A DNA stretch of 64,000 bases from Ferruginibacter sp. GTDB taxonomy: Bacteria > Bacteroidota > Bacteroidia > Chitinophagales > Chitinophagaceae. The notes below the pieces were generated by a model that saw only the letters and a list, made by a program, of their open reading frames with translations, was not told where the DNA came from and made no database searches. Shown piece after piece: positions 41,734 to 49,398 of this stretch. Position numbers and translations under genes: made by a program. The stretch is taken from positions 1,794,590 through 1,858,589 of the forward strand of contig JASGKJ010000003.1 of the NCBI GenBank assembly GCA_047600665.1, in the 5' to 3' direction. The stretch's first letter is position 1; each line of letters opens with the position of its first letter.

Positions 41734-42116
41734 TGTTTACTGAAAATGACATAGCGAAGATTGTGTTTGAAGCAGGACTGAAAGTTCACAAAGCATTAGG
41801 CCCCGGGTTATTAGAAAGTGCTTATGAAGAGTGCTTATGTTTCGAGTTATCAAAAACAGGCTTATTTATAGAAAGGCAAAAATGTCTTCCGCTGATTTAT
41901 GAAGATATTAAAATGGAGGCTGGATACCGTGCTGATTTTATGATTGAAAACAAATTTATTGTTGAGATAAAAGCGATTGAAACATTAGCGGATATACATC
42001 TTGCTCAAATATTAACTTATTTGAAATTATCGAATTGCAAACTGGGTTTATTAATAAATTTTAATGTATTACTTTTTAAAGATGGGGTAAAAAGAGTTAT
42101 CAATGGTTCTTTGTGA
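41733..42116 (+). CDS. GxxExxY protein (PD-(D/E)XK-like fold)
   Basis: LGPGLLESAYEECL, RADFMIENKFIVEIKA, AQILTYLK...GLLINFN; 127 aa. Confidence 0.95.
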   Translation: MFTENDIAKIVFEAGLKVHKALGPGLLESAYEECLCFELSKTGLFIERQKCLPLIYEDIKMEAGYRADFMIENKFIVEIKAIETLADIHLAQILTYLKLSNCKLGLLINFNVLLFKDGVKRVINGSL

Positions 42117-42148
42117 ACCTTGTGTACTTACTTTGTGTCCTTAGTGGT
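42111..42148 (-). repeat. Right arm of the inverted repeat flanking the GxxExxY gene
   Basis: TTGTGAACCTTGTGTACTTACTTTGTGTCCTTAGTGGT; overlaps the gene's TGA stop codon. Confidence 0.85.
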
Positions 42149-42155
42149 AAAAAAA

Positions 42156-44816
42156 ATGAGCACTATAAAACCATACTTACGTCTCAGCGGTCTTGAACCT
42201 TTGGTCATCAGGCCCGAAACCAATTTTGTAAATGTTGGTGAGCGTACCAATGTAACCGGCAGTAAAAAATTTGCACGGCTTATTAAGGAGAACAAATACG
42301 AAGAAGCATTGAGTGTTGCACGGCAACAGGTGGAAAGCGGCGCACAGGTGATCGATGTGAACATGGACGATGCTTTGCTGGATGGCGTGAAAGCAATGAC
42401 CACTTTCCTCAACCTGCTGCAAAGCGAACCGGACATTGCCAAGATACCGGTGATGATCGACTCATCCAAGTTCGAGATCATTGAAGCCGGGTTGAAATGT
42501 GTGCAGGGCAAATGCATTGTAAACTCCATCTCCATGAAAGAGGGAGAAGCAAAATTTATTGAACAGGCATTTATCTGCCGCAGCTATGGCGCTGCTGTTA
42601 TTGTAATGGCCTTTGATGAAAAAGGACAGGCGGATACAAAAGACCGCAAAGTGGAAATTTGTCACCGGGCTTATAAGATCCTTACAGAACAGGTAGGCTT
42701 TCCACCGCAGGATATTATTTTTGACCCTAACATATTTGCCGTAGCTACCGGTTTGGAAGAACACAATAACTACGGCGTTGATTTTATAGAAGCTACAAGA
42801 GAGATAAAACAACTGATGCCGCTTACTAAAATAAGTGGTGGTGTAAGTAATTTATCTTTTTCTTTCCGCGGCAATGATCATGTAAGGGAAGCTATGCACA
42901 GCGTGTTTCTTTACTACACCATCAAAGCTGGTATGGATATGGGCATTGTAAATGCCGGACAGCTGGTTGTATATGATGAGATAGAACCTGCGTTGAGAAA
43001 TTTATGTGAAGATGTGATCCTTAACCGTAACAATGATAATAACGAGGCTACGGAAAAACTAATTGCATTTGCAGAAACAGTAAAAGCAAAAGGCAAAACA
43101 GAAGTAAAAGATGAAGCCTGGCGAAACCTGCCGGTTGAAAAACGTTTGGCGCACTCACTCGTAAATGGCATTACAGATTATATCGATATAGATACAGAAG
43201 AAGTAAGGCAAAAATCTGCAAGACCCTTAGATGTGATCGAAGGCCCGCTGATGGATGGCATGAACATCGTAGGTGATCTCTTCGGCAGCGGTAAAATGTT
43301 TTTACCCCAGGTGGTAAAGAGTGCCCGTGTGATGAAGAAAAGTGTGGCGTACTTACAACCCTTTATTGAAGCTGAAAAACAGGAAGCATCCAATGCACCC
43401 ACCGTTTTACTGGCAACAGTAAAAGGTGATGTACATGATATCGGTAAAAATATTGTGGGCGTGGTGCTGGGTTGTAATGGTTACACCGTAGTTGACCTGG
43501 GTGTGATGGTGCCCGCTGATAAAATTTTAGAAGAAGCAAAAAAATGTAATGCTGCTATTATTGGTTTATCAGGATTGATCACACCATCGCTGGATGAAAT
43601 GGTGCATGTAGCACACGAAATGAAACGCCGGGAAATGAACCTGCCGTTGCTGATTGGTGGTGCCACTACTTCCCGTATGCATACAGCGGTAAAGATCGCA
43701 CCACAATATGATAAAGGCGTGGTGCATGTACTGGATGCAAGCCGCAGCGTAACCGTGGTAAGCAGTTTATTAAGCAATGAACAGAAAGCAGATTTTCTTG
43801 CCGGTATAAAAACGGAATACACAAAGCTGGCAGATGATTTCAATAATAAAAAAGCCGTTAAGCAATTTTTACCATTTGCAGCAGCGCAACAAAATACAGT
43901 AAAAATTAACTGGGAAAATTTCAAACCTGTTCAGCCAACTTTTACAGGCGTTAAAGTTTTTGATAATTATTCTTTACAGGAAATAGCAAACTATATTGAC
44001 TGGCAGCCGTTCTTTATTGCATGGGAACTGCATGGAAAATTCCCACAAATATTAAGCGATGAAAAGGTGGGTGCAGAAGCCACCAAACTGTACAATGACG
44101 CCAACATCCTGCTTAAAAAGATCATTGATGAAAAATGGCTGACCGCCAAAGGCACGGTTGGTTTTTGGGAAGCGAAGAAAACAGCACCGGATTCTGTACA
44201 GGTAAAAGATGGTGACTCAACCATCAAATTAGAATTTTTAAGACAGCAGGTAAAGAAAGCTGCTGACCAGCCCAACATATCGCTTGCTGATTTTATCAGC
44301 CCTGGCGGCAACGACTATATGGGCGCTTTCTCTGTAACGATACAGGGCATCGATCAGCATATTAAAAACTTTGAAGCGGCCCATGATGATTACAACAAGA
44401 TCATCCTGCAGGCGCTGGCCGACCGTTTTGCAGAAGCATTTGCAGAATGCCTGCATGAAAAGACAAGAAAAGAGTACTGGGGCTACGACAAAGCAGAAGC
44501 ACTCTCCAATGAACAATTGATAAAAGAAGAGTATGCAGGCATCCGTCCTGCACCAGGCTATCCCGCCTGCCCCGATCATACAGAAAAATACAAGCTGTTC
44601 AATTTACTGGGCGGCGAAGCAAATACGGGTATCCATCTTACTGAAAGCTTAGCGATGTATCCGGCATCTTCTGTTTGCGGCTGGTATTTTGCAAATCCTG
44701 AAAGTAAATATTTTGGTGTGGGTAAAATTGATAAGGACCAGCTGGAAGACTACGCTAAACGAAAGGAGATGGATATTGATGAAGTAACGAGGTGGCTAAG
44801 GCCGATACTGGAATAA
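42156..44816 (+). CDS. metH: Methionine synthase, pterin-binding, B12-binding and reactivation module
   Basis: [26 protein letters not shown] (B12 His ligand), [22 protein letters not shown]. Start moved to MSTIKP. Confidence 0.97.
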   Translation: MSTIKPYLRLSGLEPLVIRPETNFVNVGERTNVTGSKKFARLIKENKYEEALSVARQQVESGAQVIDVNMDDALLDGVKAMTTFLNLLQSEPDIAKIPVMIDSSKFEIIEAGLKCVQGKCIVNSISMKEGEAKFIEQAFICRSYGAAVIVMAFDEKGQADTKDRKVEICHRAYKILTEQVGFPPQDIIFDPNIFAVATGLEEHNNYGVDFIEATREIKQLMPLTKISGGVSNLSFSFRGNDHVREAMHSVFLYYTIKAGMDMGIVNAGQLVVYDEIEPALRNLCEDVILNRNNDNNEATEKLIAFAETVKAKGKTEVKDEAWRNLPVEKRLAHSLVNGITDYIDIDTEEVRQKSARPLDVIEGPLMDGMNIVGDLFGSGKMFLPQVVKSARVMKKSVAYLQPFIEAEKQEASNAPTVLLATVKGDVHDIGKNIVGVVLGCNGYTVVDLGVMVPADKILEEAKKCNAAIIGLSGLITPSLDEMVHVAHEMKRREMNLPLLIGGATTSRMHTAVKIAPQYDKGVVHVLDASRSVTVVSSLLSNEQKADFLAGIKTEYTKLADDFNNKKAVKQFLPFAAAQQNTVKINWENFKPVQPTFTGVKVFDNYSLQEIANYIDWQPFFIAWELHGKFPQILSDEKVGAEATKLYNDANILLKKIIDEKWLTAKGTVGFWEAKKTAPDSVQVKDGDSTIKLEFLRQQVKKAADQPNISLADFISPGGNDYMGAFSVTIQGIDQHIKNFEAAHDDYNKIILQALADRFAEAFAECLHEKTRKEYWGYDKAEALSNEQLIKEEYAGIRPAPGYPACPDHTEKYKLFNLLGGEANTGIHLTESLAMYPASSVCGWYFANPESKYFGVGKIDKDQLEDYAKRKEMDIDEVTRWLRPILE

Positions 44817-44904
44817 CAAACCGGTTTCCCGCAATTGTTTTGCCGCAAGTTTATTTGTACAGAAAAGCACTGATTGTCAAGGTAAACTTGTACAAGGAGT
44901 TGCG

Positions 44905-44912
44905 TATATTTG
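44905..44912 (+). promoter_or_regulatory. -7 element (TATATTTG) heading the cassette array (Pc-like promoter)
   Basis: TAnnTTTG match 3 nt upstream of the first GTT half-site. Confidence 0.7.
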
Positions 44913-44915
44913 AGA

Positions 44916-44927
44916 GTTGGTGGCAAT
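44916..44927 (+). repeat. Lone right half-site GTTGGTGGCAAT (attI-like entry point of cassette 1)
   Basis: Identical to 45789-45800, but no left arm or central repeat lies upstream. Confidence 0.7.
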
Positions 44928-44977
44928 ATTAAAAGAGCTTACGTTTCCAAAACTCAGTTGACAAAAAACGTTACAGT

Positions 44978-45586
44978 GTGACGCAGATCTTCAGCAAAAG
45001 CAAACTTAATCGCATGTTTCGCTTAGGTTATCGACTTGCCTTCGAGACAACAAAACCCAAAAAGAAAGATTGGGAAGACATTTATTCGCTTTGGCTGTGT
45101 GCGGCTAAAGGTGGACATAAAAGAGCGCAATTTTATTTGGGCACTTGCTATGACAATGGGTATGGGACAGAGAAAAATTTGCAATTAGCATTTGAGTGGT
45201 ACTTAAAAGCTGCAAAGACTGGACATAGAGACGCTCAATACAATGTTGGTTTTTTCTTTTCTACTGATGAACTTGGTATTAAGAACGACAAGAAAAAAGT
45301 ATTTTGGTATTCTAAAGCCGCAGAAGCTGGACTTATTGATGCACAAAGAGATTTAGGTTATTCATATTTCTATGGAGAAGGAATTAAGAAAGATGAAACG
45401 AAAGCTGTTTATTGGTATAAAAAGGCTGCATCAAAAAACGACGAAAAGGCACTTTACAATTTAGGACTTTGCTACAAACACGGTGACGGGGTTAATCAAT
45501 CAAATCGCTGGACGAAATATTACTTTGAACAAGCAAAAAAGTTTGGACATAAAGAAGCGGCAAAGGAATTACGAAAATTAGGCTGA
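44978..45586 (+). CDS. Cassette 1: Sel1-like repeat protein
   Basis: Repeated AQFYLGTCYDNGYG, AQRDLGYSYFYGEG and ALYNLGLCYKHGDG. GTG start; a later ATG at 45014 is possible. Confidence 0.9.
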   Translation: MTQIFSKSKLNRMFRLGYRLAFETTKPKKKDWEDIYSLWLCAAKGGHKRAQFYLGTCYDNGYGTEKNLQLAFEWYLKAAKTGHRDAQYNVGFFFSTDELGIKNDKKKVFWYSKAAEAGLIDAQRDLGYSYFYGEGIKKDETKAVYWYKKAASKNDEKALYNLGLCYKHGDGVNQSNRWTKYYFEQAKKFGHKEAAKELRKLG

Positions 45587-45593
45587 CGACAAT

Positions 45594-45800
45594 ACTGCCA
45601 CCAACAAACGGTTTTGCGCAAGTGTGGCTGGACAAACTAATCTTCAGCCTTACTTCGTTACTCAGCTTCAGTTTCGGGCGGACACAGCAACTTTGGGCAT
45701 TAGTTCTTACCTTCAGCTAAACAAAACTATCAGCGGTTGTTCCGGGCGGACGCAATTCTAATTCCACACCTGCAGCAAAGCCGCCAACGTTGGTGGCAAT
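45594..45800 (+). repeat. attC-like repeat 1
   Basis: TGCCACCAAC (45596) / GTTGGTGGCA (45789) pair perfectly. Inner arms GGTTTTGCGCAAGTGTGG / CCACACCTGCAGCAAAGCC pair with one bulged base. Spacers are 4 and 6 nt. Confidence 0.85.
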
Positions 45801-45818
45801 TATAAACGACCCTTCATT

Positions 45819-46493
45819 TTGAAAAATATTGTTAGACAAAACCTGTTAGTCGGATTTCTAATTTCACTACTTTCTTGTGGTCAGACAAATAAGTTTGATG
45901 ACAAGGATACCGTCAATCACAAAATAACTTCAACAAATCAATTCCCGTTTCAAAAGGCAAAAGATAAATACAACGAACTCCTAGATATCAAAGGCAGCTA
46001 CAATTATATTTCGGTTGACACAGCATCTATTAAATTACTGACTGAAAATGAAATTACAGGTTTAGACAATTTTGATTGTTACAGATTTACAATATTTAAT
46101 GGAGCCCATTACGAATATAATAGTGGACAAATCATTTGCATTGGGTTGGTTTCCAAATCAGACACCAACGACCTTAGGATTTTATTTCCAAAAGACTACA
46201 CAAAAAGTTCTTTAAATTTCTATGACCCATTCTTAAACAGTAAAATTTCTGACAGAAAGAATTATTGTACAAAACTTTCAAACCTGATAAACTATTTCAC
46301 ATCGTATCAAATAAAAAATATTGAATACAGTTATTTGGACGCCAACAATTTGCTGACAGTTATTTCTAAACATACAGTTCAGACTTACGACATAGTTTCT
46401 AAAAAGAATACATCATTTTTACAATCAGACACAATCCAATTTATATTTAGCGGAGATACATTGAAATCGTTTTTACAAGTCAGTGGAAAATAA
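45819..46493 (+). CDS. Cassette 2: hypothetical lipoprotein
   Basis: TTG start, lipobox LLSC; no family motif recognised. Confidence 0.75.
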   Translation: MKNIVRQNLLVGFLISLLSCGQTNKFDDKDTVNHKITSTNQFPFQKAKDKYNELLDIKGSYNYISVDTASIKLLTENEITGLDNFDCYRFTIFNGAHYEYNSGQIICIGLVSKSDTNDLRILFPKDYTKSSLNFYDPFLNSKISDRKNYCTKLSNLINYFTSYQIKNIEYSYLDANNLLTVISKHTVQTYDIVSKKNTSFLQSDTIQFIFSGDTLKSFLQVSGK

Positions 46494-46699
46494 CTGCAAC
46501 CAACAAAAGGTTTGCCGCAAGGCTGGCGGACGTAATAACAATCGGCAGTTGTACTATTATCAGCTAATATCGGGCTTGACCGAATTCTATTTGGCTTTTA
46601 GTTGTTAACTTCAACATCGGTTTTTCAATCGGCTTCAGTTGCCGGGCAGACAGTTATAAAATATCAGCCCTGCGGCAAGCCTCGAACGTTGTGTGTAAC
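46493..46699 (+). repeat. attC-like repeat 2
   Basis: ACTGCAACCAAC-aaaa-GGTTTGCCGCAAGGCTG ... CAGCCCTGCGGCAAGCC-tcgaac-GTTGTGTGTAAC. Confidence 0.85.
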
Positions 46700-46702
46700 T
46701 TT

Positions 46703-47239
46703 ATGAAGACCTTCAAATCAAACATATGCATTTACATTAGTTTAACCTTTCTTCTGTTGACATGGCTTTTTGTTGGAATATTTAGAGACAGTGAGTTTTA
46801 CGAACCCTCAATATTTACAAAGTATAGACCGACATTTAAGGTATTTTTTTACACTCCAATTGGCGAATCAGACTTAGAAATGGAAGAACTTTCCACTAGT
46901 AAGCAAAGTGAGGAAATAGCATTTCAAGAATTCGTTATTAAACAACATCAACAATATAACAGTGATTCAAAACTTTGGTATTTACCCTTTATTTTAATCC
47001 AGTTGACTCTGACATTTTTATGTTTTGGCATTTTCAAAAACTGGACTAACCTGACTTACAAAAATTGGCAACTGGCAGTACATTTCTTAATCAATATAAT
47101 AATCACCACTGCTGGACTTGCATTTTTATTATCATTTGACAAAACCATAATTACAATGCTCATAATAGTCATTATTCTAGCAGCCAATTGCTGGGCAATA
47201 ATTTTGCTTACAAAGCGAAGGTTAAGAATAACAACTTAG
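46703..47239 (+). CDS. Cassette 3: hypothetical integral membrane protein (~4 TM)
   Basis: Four hydrophobic segments. Start set to ATG 46703, just after the GTT site. Confidence 0.75.
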   Translation: MKTFKSNICIYISLTFLLLTWLFVGIFRDSEFYEPSIFTKYRPTFKVFFYTPIGESDLEMEELSTSKQSEEIAFQEFVIKQHQQYNSDSKLWYLPFILIQLTLTFLCFGIFKNWTNLTYKNWQLAVHFLINIIITTAGLAFLLSFDKTIITMLIIVIILAANCWAIILLTKRRLRITT

Positions 47240-47267
47240 ATTTTGTAATTACGGACATTCAACAAAA

Positions 47268-47470
47268 GCTACACATAACATTAGTTTTTATGCAAGTTGA
47301 GCATGATCAGCAACATCAGCCAATTGCAAAGCCTAGCAGTGCCTCAGGAGGAACAAACCACTTTGAGCTTTAGTTCTTAATTTCAATATCAGTTTTTCAA
47401 CCGGCAGCCGCTGTGGGCAGATGGATCCCAACCGGGATAAGGCCATACCCTTTATGCGCAAGCCATTTGA
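47268..47470 (+). repeat. attC-like repeat 3 (degenerate, right GTT lost)
   Basis: Starts GCTACACATAAC. The core AGTTCTTAATTTCAATATCAGTTTTTCAACCGGC matches repeat 2 at 29/34. It ends GCGCAAGCC with no GTT. Confidence 0.7.
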
Positions 47471-47532
47471 TTTCCTTCTAATAACGACAAAAATATTTGA
47501 CTGAATTTGTCTGCACATACCCGAAGTATTTT

Positions 47533-47925
47533 ATGAAAGTAACCTTAAGATTTAAAATTTTATCTAGCCTTTGGAGTGCTGTTATTTCCATGTTACTTTT
47601 AGCGTGTAATTCGCCGCATGATAAAATGATTGATACAATGAGCAAACAATCCTATTGTTTAGAAAAGGTTACTGATTCTGACAGTTCTATTTTTCTTCCT
47701 GGTGCCCAATTACATCTAAAGCCTGACAATTCTTTTTTTGTGTCAAGCGAGGACAATCAATTGTCAAAAATAACTGGTGAGTGGGACTTGTGTTGTTCGG
47801 GCTCAGGCTACGGTAATTATGTATTTAAGATAAAAGGATTACCTGAATGGACACAAGCGAATACAGATTTCTTTGTTTTAAGATACGGAAGGAAAATCAG
47901 ACTGTTTTTCAAAATGTGCAACTAG
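47533..47925 (+). CDS. Cassette 4: hypothetical lipoprotein
   Basis: Lipobox LLAC. Start set to MKVTLRF. Confidence 0.7.
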   Translation: MKVTLRFKILSSLWSAVISMLLLACNSPHDKMIDTMSKQSYCLEKVTDSDSSIFLPGAQLHLKPDNSFFVSSEDNQLSKITGEWDLCCSGSGYGNYVFKIKGLPEWTQANTDFFVLRYGRKIRLFFKMCN

Positions 47926-47934
47926 ACTTTGACG

Positions 47935-48146
47935 ACTGCGTACAACAGTTGGTTTGGCAATAGACTGGCAGGACGTTGCCCTGCCCAAGCGGCAGTAATT
48001 CTATTTGGCTTTTGTGCGTGGCTCAACAAGCTACGCAGAACTTTTATTTGTTACCTTCAATATCAGCAATTTATTGAGCTTCGGTTCCTGGGCTGGATAA
48101 GCAATGAATATCCTGCCTTCGGCAATACTCGGTCGTTGCAGACAAT
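47935..48146 (+). repeat. attC-like repeat 4
   Basis: ACTGCGTACAAC-agtt-GGTTTGGCAAT...GGCAGGA ... TCCTGCC-TTCGGCAATAC-tcggtc-GTTGCAGACAAT. Shares the 17-mer AATTCTATTTGGCTTTT with repeat 2. Confidence 0.8.
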
Positions 48147-48174
48147 TTTTCTAAGCATTATTAATTAACTATCT

Positions 48175-48651
48175 ATGAAAAAAATATCACTTAGTTCATT
48201 AGTCATAACACTTATTAGCTTTTCAGTCATACTTTTTATTACGACTGGTTGCAAAACATCAAAGGCTAATGTTTCCGGCAGCATGTCCAAAAATCAACTG
48301 TTGATTGAAAAAACATGGCAGGTAGATAAACTTTATCATGTTATTTCCGGGCAATATTCTTCTTATACAAGGGGAGGGCCGAATACCACCGGCATTAATT
48401 ATGATCTGCTTCGGTTCACATTTAATGCTGACGGAACGGGTAAGCATATTGGTCCTGATAATAAAACTTATTACTTTAGCTGGAAACTTAATCCAGGTGA
48501 CAGCCGGAGTTTACTCTTAACGAATAATGGACGAACTGATAGCTGGGATATGTTAGAGATTGCAGGTGACTATTTACATGCTGCAGCAAACTTAAACATC
48601 AACGGAGACACCAACAACTTAGAAGTATTCAGGTTAATACAGGTTAAATAA
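48175..48651 (+). CDS. Cassette 5: lipoprotein with a lipocalin-like beta-barrel (tentative)
   Basis: Lipobox TTGC; LLIEKTWQV...FTFNADGTG...FSWKL pattern. Confidence 0.7.
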   Translation: MKKISLSSLVITLISFSVILFITTGCKTSKANVSGSMSKNQLLIEKTWQVDKLYHVISGQYSSYTRGGPNTTGINYDLLRFTFNADGTGKHIGPDNKTYYFSWKLNPGDSRSLLLTNNGRTDSWDMLEIAGDYLHAAANLNINGDTNNLEVFRLIQVK

Positions 48652-48706
48652 CAACAAAACTGCTTGCGATATTGGATGAGTTAGGGTCAAACTATTAAAC
48701 ACGCTG

Positions 48707-49285
48707 ATGAAAAAAGCATTTTTTATATCAATCTTTACGCTGTTTGCCGGCATTTTATTTGGACAGCTAAAGAGTCCGGTAAGAGAATTATTCTTTGGAA
48801 TTAATTTGAATGCTTCCCGTAAAGCAATTTACAATCAGTTAGCTTCGGATAAACGCTTCTTTCAAAAAGGCTATATTGAAACTGATAGCCTATCGCCTTT
48901 TTATCATGGAGAATTTCATGGTTTAAGCTTTGATAAAGGATTGGTTGAGGCAAAACCAGATTCTATTGAAATTAGCCTGAATTGGTTAAAAATTAGCAGG
49001 CTGGTGAAAAATGGAGAGCACGAAACCATCAATAACTTAATATTTTTTTCTAAATACTATTACAGCTCGAATGATATCGCAAAAAAGGAATATCAACAGA
49101 TAATTGATTTAGTATCCAGGAAAAATTCTGATACATCTCATCAAGAAAGATATATTCATTTTCCTGTTCCAATTGAAAGTACAAGGTTTAATTTCCGCAA
49201 ACCAGCCTATCAGCTTGAGATTATGTTATTCAATTTCGATGCTACGCATTCAGAATTACATTTGTCATTTATCCGTAAGGAATAA
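48707..49285 (+). CDS. Cassette 6: hypothetical secreted protein
   Basis: Sec signal peptide MKKAFFISIFTLFAGILFG; no family motif recognised. Confidence 0.7.
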   Translation: MKKAFFISIFTLFAGILFGQLKSPVRELFFGINLNASRKAIYNQLASDKRFFQKGYIETDSLSPFYHGEFHGLSFDKGLVEAKPDSIEISLNWLKISRLVKNGEHETINNLIFFSKYYYSSNDIAKKEYQQIIDLVSRKNSDTSHQERYIHFPVPIESTRFNFRKPAYQLEIMLFNFDATHSELHLSFIRKE

Positions 49286-49398
49286 AATATCATGGGCATA
49301 TGCCTCCTGGCAGGAGTTGTGTAAAATAAACCGGCTTTAATAATCAGGCAGGGAACAAGTTAGCGGCTGTACCACACTTTTCGATTCCAAATGCAGTC

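Larger units (their letters stand above)
44905..49367 (+). mobile_element. Integron-like gene-cassette array (six single-gene cassettes, ~205-bp attC-like repeats, no integrase in the window)
   Basis: Co-oriented, unrelated, AT-rich genes, each followed by a homologous hairpin repeat bounded by ...AAC and GTT...; cassette starts complement their own ends. Confidence 0.75.

Noticed and set aside
40680-44816. Split metH as a pseudogene or frameshift
   Set aside because: The split falls at the domain boundary, both parts have intact motifs and their own starts and stops, and two-gene metH is common in Bacteroidota.
47929-48168. 79-aa ORF (MTTAYNSWFG...) on the array strand
   Set aside because: It coincides with attC-like repeat 4 and is a chance open frame through the repeat; the sister repeats do not keep the frame.
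44905-49367. CRISPR array or simple REP/terminator interpretation of the repeats
   Set aside because: The units are ~205 bp, divergent and separated by whole genes. There are no cas genes or U-tracts, and the cross-cassette end complementarity is not explained by these models.
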